In this document: in pieces, positions 57,312 to 64,000 of the stretch
Layout: each line of letters begins with the position of its first letter
Numbering within the stretch: the stretch's first letter is position 1
Source of the DNA: Camelus dromedarius
Lineage: Eukaryota
NCBI RefSeq assembly: GCF_036321535.1
Contig: NC_087444.1
Coordinates: forward strand, 36,208,001-36,272,000
Length of the DNA: 64,000 nt
Reading direction: 5' to 3'
The notes under the pieces: model-generated
Database searches by the model: none
What the model was told of the DNA's origin: nothing
The model's input: the letters and a program-made list of their open reading frames with translations, nothing else
Program-made: the position numbers and the translations under genes

Positions 57312-60300
57312 GTACTCAGCGACTATCCGGCTGTGAAGGCGCGGAGATGCGAACCCCGAGGGGTACGGTTCTAGCCCCAGTGCGCCTGCTACTCTGGAGG
57401 CCTGGGAGGTAAGGAAGGGTCACAACTGGCTCAGCTGGGGGTCACTGTGCTGCTGAGGATGGGGAAGGGCCTGGGCCAACGAGTGTGGATCGACGCGGTG
57501 GTCCTAAGCAGGTACCCAAGGTCGAATCCTCTTCCACTGTGGGATATCTCCCGGGAGGGACAGGGGAGGGTGATTTTACACAACTCTTAGACGCCCTGGA
57601 GGTCCACGAAAACACCCACACTCCCCAAGTGAGGAAGCCCACCCTGTATCTGCCCGGACCTTCACGTATCCACGGCTGGAGTGCTGGCTGCCTTCGTGGC
57701 AGGCCTCCAAGGGCTGAAGCGAGGGTGGGATTCCACGAGCTTGGAGTACTGTTTAGGAAAGAAATCTGGCTGTGCCATTGGAGCCTTGCTATGCCGACCC
57801 CCCTCACGTACCTTATGTCAGATTCATTCATTCGTGATTCGTGAACACTAGCTAATGGCCGGGTAGGGATGCGGGGTATTTATCAGTGAAATACAGAAAT
57901 CTCAAACCACAGTGCGGACTCCAGCGATGGAGGGAGGTGCCTTGAGAAGGGAAAATCTGGAGGGAGAGCAGAGGTTACCTAGGGCATGGGCGGGTTGGGA
58001 AGGGATGAAAGAGCACAAATGAGACTCTAGTGCAAAGTCCCTGTGACCCCAGGGAAGGTTATTGTTGAGGGAATACGGGAAGAGTGCTTAGACAACCATG
58101 CATTCATTCAGTCTTGAGCCACTAGTGTGCCAGACAGGCTCAGTGATGGGCTCTGAGGATGAGCTCGTCCTCGAGGATGTGATGTGCTCGCGGGTGGGTG
58201 GGTGGTTGGATGGGGAGACAAAAAACGATTTATTGCGTTACAAGTTGATTTTGTGCTGGGGGAACGGAGATGTGAGAGCCGGTTCGGGGACAGGAGTGTG
58301 GGTTTAGTATCAATGGGGTGACTCAACTATAGATGAGTAAGGGAACTCAGCAAAGCTGGGGATCTAACGTGATTTTAACAAACTTAGTTTTCCAAGAAGA
58401 GTCCAAACATTGCAAATTGTCATGTGGGTGGGGGCGGTCGGACAGGCCCAAGGGGATTTGGGGGAACCACCCCACGCTTTGGTTCAGTACCCGCCGGGGA
58501 CCTGTACACTCATGAAAGCGTCTCCAATCAGAATGAGCTCGGGATGGATGTGGAGAGGGCATTTTTCTCATTTAAGGAAAAACAGAGAAGGGCCTGGCAC
58601 GAAGATCTAGAGGTTGAATGGATGGGGGCTCCAGGAAGTGTGAGGCTGAGATCAAGTAAAGCCCGGATGGCCCGGCGGGGATGCCAGGGCTCTGTCCTGC
58701 AGCAGCAGAGCCCAGACTGGAGCCCGACAAGGGGCGATGCATGCCAGAAGTTTTAGGAGAGGCTGAGATGCTGTTGGGGTGGAATATAATTAACTGAAAG
58801 GGCGTGGCGCCGAGGAAGGTCCAACTTAGCCTGGCGCACGCGCGCTCCTGTCTGGATGGGGGAAGGGCCTCACCTCGCTGTTGTGCCCTGCCTTCCGAAC
58901 AAATATTTGACATTCCAGGCTTATCTGGAGGGGGCAGGGCTAAAGAGCCACATTGCTTCTTCTCCCCGGGCCTGATTGGCTTAGCGCTTCCGGGGGGGGG
59001 GGGGGGAATCAAGAGGGCCGGCAGCGGTTGGTGGAATAGGAAGGGCCGCGGCGCTCAGGCACTTGCCTACATCCTAAGGGGAATCGCTGGTTGCCCGAAG
59101 CTGCTGGAAGACCTGGCTATTTCTCTCTCCCTGCCGACAGCCGTGTCCCGGCGCGAGTCACTAACGTCCCGGGCAACTCAATCTCTTTATTCGTCAAGTG
59201 GGTACGAGCTGCAGCGTGGAATTAGTAAGCATGGCCTTGGAGGCGCCCCACCTCTACGCCGGACTATTTCGCTCTCTCAGTTTCCGAAGGTCCGAACGCA
59301 GTGCCCAGCTTTTTCGAGTGAGGTGCGGCTCCCGCCCCAGTTTCGGCTCCGGCTTGGCAACCCCATGCCTCTGCTCCTGCCGCGCTGGACTCCCTTCTTC
59401 CCGCCGGATTTTTCAGTTCCTCAGTCACATAAATGGGAGAGCCTGGGCAAGTCCGGGCGGTCTGAAAACTTGCTGTAAAAAGCCTCACCAAGCCAGACGA
59501 GGCGAAAGAGTTCCAGGAGCCCTCCACGAGGGACTATCCGAATTGGAGAAGGATCTGCGGCCTCCTCGCGCACATTACACTTTCGCCGCTAGCCCCCACT
59601 GACCAGCACACCCACAGGCAACAGGCCTCTTGTCAAGGCGGGAAGGCAAAAACAGGCAGCAGTCCCCACGTCGGGTAGGGGTGAGGCTCCGTGCCCAGAC
59701 CATCAGGCTCAGAGCCGTCTAGAGTGCAGCTCTCAGGAGCAGGTGCCCGGGGTCGGGGAGACGCGCTTCTTCCTGGTCCAGCACCCAAGCCTGCAAACCT
59801 CCGACCGCGTTTTGGCATGGCGGGCACTTCCCAGAGCCAGACTAAGGCCCGGCCTTCCCACCTGTGTGGACAAGCCCTTCCCAATGATCTCTGGTGACAC
59901 CTACCCCCAGAAGAGCTCTAATGACTTCTGGTGCTCCTTGCCACCCTCCCCTTCCCTTAGTCGACTTCAGGCCTTTGGGTGATACCCGGTAACTCTCACA
60001 GCAGCCTTTGACCCTGGGTGACTTATATTACCCCTCCAGACTGGCTGTCGTGACCCCCACAGCCTCTAGACTGACTCCTGGTGATTTTCACAAGTCCAAT
60101 GGACACTTACGGACTGAAGAAGGTCCCTGGTTTTGCACTTGGCCTCGTGGGTGGGTGGGTGTGAGGAGGATGGGGTCGCCTCAGGAGTCAGGCAGGGCCC
60201 TCTGAGAGAGTGGGACTTGAGCGCCCGCCAGGCCGGGCGTGAGAGCGCGCGTGCCCAGGGCTAGGTTCTAGCGGCCCTCCCTCACGGTTCCCAAGGCCGC

Positions 60301-60547
60301 CCTCTGTCACGTGGCCTGCGGGGCAGACAGGTAACTCGCCCACAAAGGGCGGTGGCCAGTTGCCGCCCCGCCCCGCGGAGCGCCGCGGGCGGGTCTCAGC
60401 AGAGCCCACTGCGCCAGCCGGGCCGCAGGTGCCGCCCCCAACACAGGGTGTCCCGCCCAAGCCGATCCGCGTCTGCCGTCGGCCGGTGCGTGCGTGCGCT
60501 TCGTCGATCCGCGTGTGTCGGGCCAAGCGCCCCCTTCCTCTGCGGCC

Positions 60548-60745
60548 ATGACTCCGCCGCCACCCCAGCCACCGCCCCCAGGTCCGATCCCCACCGCAGA
60601 CTCCGCTGCTGACCCCCGTCCCGGTCCTGGACCACTGGTCGTACTGTTCGGGGCCACGGCCGGAGCGCTGGGGCCGGACCTGGGCTCCGACGAAACTGAC
60701 TTAATCCTCCTAGTCTGGCAAGTTGTGGAGCCGCGGAGCCGCCAG
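60548..60745 (+). CDS. ESRP2: ESRP2 exon 1
   Basis: gccATG 60548, donor CAG|GTAGGG, 198 nt. Confidence 0.94.
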
Positions 60746-63700
60746 GTAGGGTGGAAACGCGGCGGTGGGGTCTCCAGGGAGCTTCAGGATCCAAGGGGCG
60801 CAGTGATTGAGCTGTTTCTCCCGCCGCTTGCAGGTGGGGACATTGCATAAGTCACTGGTTCGCGCTGAGGTGGTCGCACTGAGCCCGCAGTGCCGCGAGG
60901 CGAGCGGCCTGAGTGCCGACAGTCTGGCGCAGGCCGAGCCGCTGGACAAGGTGCTGCAGCAGGTGAGCTCCGGGGCCGGGGTGACTGAAGGCACAGCCGG
61001 GCCACAGGAACATTTCTCTGCGGAAGAGGCGGCAGGAGGCGAGGCCTGGCGCGCCACAACCAACTGGCCCAGGCGGTAGGACGGGTTCCTGTTGTTTGAA
61101 ACTTTCAGCGACTCCCTCGTGTGCGGGCCATTCCTGGGGGGCGTCTTTTCTGACTTCTCATTGATCCACTCCTACTGAGGGGGTGGAGATGGAGGCTGAG
61201 AGACCCCTCCCAGAGTACCCGGCATGCCGGGGCACTACGCTGAGACGCCTCTGGGAACCTGCCTGGCCAGGTGTCCCTGAACAGCAGCAGGAAGAAGAAA
61301 GGGACAAGGGGCCCAGACTTGGCCATAGGTCACTGTCTCTGCAGCTTGCGTCCTCGACCCACCCACCCGCCTGGGAGACGCTGGAGCGGGGGTGTAGGGC
61401 GGTGTCTGCCCCAGAGGCAGACGCCGCCAGGTGTAAGCTGCTCGTCCAGGCCTGTCCCGGCCGGCTGGCCAGGCGTGGGCGCTGTCCGGACTGCGCCTGG
61501 AGGCTACCTGCCTTCTGAGTGCAAAGGCCTGGGGTGCCTCCCTGCTCTGGCTGGAGTGGGAGGCGGTTCCCATTGCTATTTTCTTATCTTCCCTACCGCG
61601 TTCACCCTGTGCCTGACTCTTGAGTAGAATGAGTGAAAGTGCCAAAGCCTTTAATCTTCCAACAATTCTGGTGGTTCCTGATGAGGAAACAGAGACATAA
61701 AGATGTTGAATCTGAATCTGTTCCAGGAGCACTCCCAAACTAGCCCCCACTTGGAGAGTGTGCTGGGCTGCCTTGCTCTGCCAGGCTCAGATTGTAAAGC
61801 TGGGGTTGGGGGAGGGTTTTGGGCCTGTGGTTAGTGCTTATACCTGTTCTCCAGCAGGGACAGAGGATGGGGGAGGGGCCGGGCAGCTTCCCACTCTAAG
61901 AGCAAATAGGTCAGTGCCAGCCAGTCGATATGGTCTGGGTCAAAGCTCATGCTGCCCCTGGCGTCCAGGTGTGGAGCTCTGTCCTTGGAGTTTCTCTGCT
62001 CCTTGGTTGGTCAGACCTAGGGGCGGGGTTGCCATTGACCATGAGCAGGCTGGGCCTCAGGCAGGACTGGGCCTCCCCCACCTGTATGAGTTAGTGCCTG
62101 GTCAGGGACAGGTTTAACCTGCTTTGCCCCACCCCTTCCCACCTGCTTGTCCCACTCCACCAGGTGTTTGCTCTGGCCCCACTCCAGACTCCTGGAGTGT
62201 GTGTGATGGGGGCTCGGGTGATATAGGACTGCCCCCTTTTGGCCTGGAGAAAGATGACAGTGGACTGGGAGAGAAGGAGGACACTGAGCCAGGCCCAGCA
62301 GGTGTGGCCACCTCCTCCTCAGGCAGGAAAGGGCTGAACATCTAGCTGAACCAGCTTTGCAAGCCTTCCCTCCCACCCCGCTGCCTAGCTGTGAGTCTGT
62401 CTGTCTCCTTCCCCACTCCCTATTCCCAGTTCTCACAGCTGGTGAGCGGGGATGTGGCTCTGCTGGGCGGGGGCCCCTACACGCTCTGTACTGATGGGCA
62501 GCAGCTGCTTCGACAGGTCCTGCATCCTGAAGCCTCCAGGAAGGTACGTCACCACTGAGGGCACAACAGGGGGTAGGGTTCCCAGGACCCCCATTGTCAC
62601 AGGGGTGGGGCAGGGCAGCTCAGTTCCCCCCATTCATGCCCATTCCCGTGTGCCCCCAGAACTTGGTGCTCCCCGACACCTTCTTCTCCTTCTACGACCT
62701 TCGCAGAGAGTTCCATGTGCAGTACCCGAGCGCCCGCCCTGCCAGGGACCTCACCGTGGCTACCATGGCACAGGGTATCTGTGACCCAGCAGGGTTAGGA
62801 GGGAGGGTCGGTTGTAGGCTGAACGTGAGTATGTGCATGCTGGTGGGTTATATGAACACACTCAAGTTTATATTACCTGCTGAATCCTTGAGTGCATGTC
62901 TCTGTCTATGTTGGGGCACATTTGGAATGTGGGCATACATCTACATATGTCAGGGCTGCAAAACTGTAAGGGCATACATGAGCTAGGCCAAAACAAGTGT
63001 GTTTGCTAGGATTCTGCATGTCTATGTAGGGAACTTGAGTCTAGGTGGGACAAGGATTAGTGCTCATGCTAGTTGCCCTCTCATGCTGGGATTTCCTCAT
63101 TGTTATTTCTCTGCTCATAGACTTGGGACTGGAAACAGATGCCACAGAGGATGATTTTGGGGTCTGGGAAGTGAAGACAATGGTAGCTGTCATCCTCTAC
63201 CTGCTCGAAGGGCCCAGTGGTAAGGTTCCCCTCACCACCTGTCACCTGTTCTCAGGGATGGGTGAATGCCTACCTGTTACTTCCTCAAAGTTCCCCTCCC
63301 CATTTGTTACCTTCTCTGAGAGGCCACAAGATGAAAGCCCCTTTGTCACCTCCTTCTCCTTCAACTGTCCTCTTTTTGCAGAGCTTGGTGGGGAGAACCC
63401 CCTCCACCAGACCCTGCTGACCCCCATGCCATCTCCTCTCAGGTCAATTGTTTTCGAAGCCCGAAGTGGTAAAGCAGAAATATGAGACAGGGCCTTGGTG
63501 AGTGTGAGGGCAGTGGTGGGGGTGTCAATAGCTGGACAGCTCTGACTCTGTGCCCTGCCCCTACAGTAGCAAGGCTGACATGGTGGACAGTGAGACTGTG
63601 GTTCGGGCCCGAGGGCTGCCCTGGCAGTCATCAGACCAGGACGTGGCTAGATTCTTCAAAGGGCTCAACATCGCCAGGTGGGTACAGCAGGATGGGTGGG

Positions 63701-64000
63701 TGGGCCCAAGAGGGCAGGCCTACTCAGGAGGCACTAACACAACACTGGCTCTGCAGGGGCGGTGTAGCACTGTGCCTGAACGCCCAGGGCCGCAGAAATG
63801 GTGAGGCCCTCATCCGCTTTGTGGACAGCGAGCAGAGGGACCTAGCACTGCAGAGACACAAGCACCACATGGGTGTCCGCTATATCGAGGTGGGGCTCTG
63901 GGCTTGGGAGTGGAGCAGGGCAGAGCTGAGGTGGGGCAGGCCAGAGACCCATGTGCTGCCCCTGCTGCCCCTACAGGTGTATAAAGCAACAGGAGAGGAG
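60548..64000 (+). CDS. ESRP2: ESRP2 (epithelial splicing regulatory protein 2), partial: join(60548..60745,60834..60962,62430..62543,62660..62774,63121..63219,63443..63497,63567..63677,63757..63889,63977..>64000)
   Basis: Pro-rich [13 protein letters not shown] start, DnaQ-like N-terminal domain ([30 protein letters not shown]), RRM1 ([39 protein letters not shown]). Phases consistent. Confidence 0.96.
60834..60962 (+). CDS. ESRP2: ESRP2 exon 2
   Basis: ttgcag|GTG ... CAG|GTGAGC, 129 nt. Confidence 0.94.
62430..62543 (+). CDS. ESRP2: ESRP2 exon 3
   Basis: ttcccag|TTC ... AAG|GTACGT, 114 nt. Confidence 0.92.
62660..62774 (+). CDS. ESRP2: ESRP2 exon 4
   Basis: cccccag|AAC ... CAGG|GTATCT, 115 nt. 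Confidence 0.93.
63121..63219 (+). CDS. ESRP2: ESRP2 exon 5
   Basis: ctcatag|AC ... AGTG|GTAAGG, 99 nt. Confidence 0.93.
63443..63497 (+). CDS. ESRP2: ESRP2 exon 6
   Basis: ctctcag|GT ... CTTG|GTGAGT, 55 nt. Confidence 0.92.
63567..63677 (+). CDS. ESRP2: ESRP2 exon 7 (RRM1 start)
   Basis: ctacag|TAG ... CCAG|GTGGGT, 111 nt. Confidence 0.93.
63757..63889 (+). CDS. ESRP2: ESRP2 exon 8
   Basis: ctgcag|GGG ... GAG|GTGGGG, 133 nt. Confidence 0.93.
63977..64000 (+). CDS. ESRP2: ESRP2 exon 9, partial (VYKATGEE)
   Basis: ctacag|GTG; continues beyond the window. Confidence 0.9.

Larger units (their letters stand above)
58790..61500. promoter_or_regulatory. CpG island, ESRP2 promoter and exons 1-2
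   Basis: CpG-dense, GC boxes at ~60362-60375, GTCACGTG at 60306. Confidence 0.8.

Noticed and set aside
58804-59602. 224-aa and 134-aa ORFs upstream of ESRP2
   Set aside because: GC-rich, no domain or splice context, start codons not in good context.

Overview
Mammalian genomic DNA, most likely a camelid (inferred from the tRNA-Ala-derived, Vic-1-like SINEs). The gene order matches human 16q22.1. From left to right: the 5' end of PRMT7 (-, start codon at 49, CDS runs off the left edge); SLC7A6OS/Iwr1 homologue (+, 5 coding exons, 309 aa), head-to-head with PRMT7; SLC7A6/y+LAT2 (-, tail-to-tail with SLC7A6OS); PLA2G15/lysosomal phospholipase A2 (-); and the first 9 exons of ESRP2 (+, runs off the right edge). 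Exons were placed by hand from recalled orthologue proteins plus GT-AG boundaries and consistent phases. Three of the four N gaps sit exactly where missing coding exons must lie: two in SLC7A6, and the catalytic-serine exon of PLA2G15. Introns hold camelid SINEs, L1, L2, MIR, a MER21-like LTR, hAT/Tigger MITEs, a 3'-truncated U6 retrocopy with a 19-bp TSD, and a polyadenylated LTR fragment apparently retroposed by L1. No prokaryotic-type system (CRISPR etc.) is present, and I see no evidence of a wholly new gene system. The best leads are regulatory: a uORF cascade in the SLC7A6 leader whose frame depends on 3' splice-site choice, interlocked convergent poly(A) signals of SLC7A6OS and SLC7A6, and a CTCF site between the PLA2G15 and ESRP2 promoters. 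Repeat family names come from recalled consensus sequences, not a database search.
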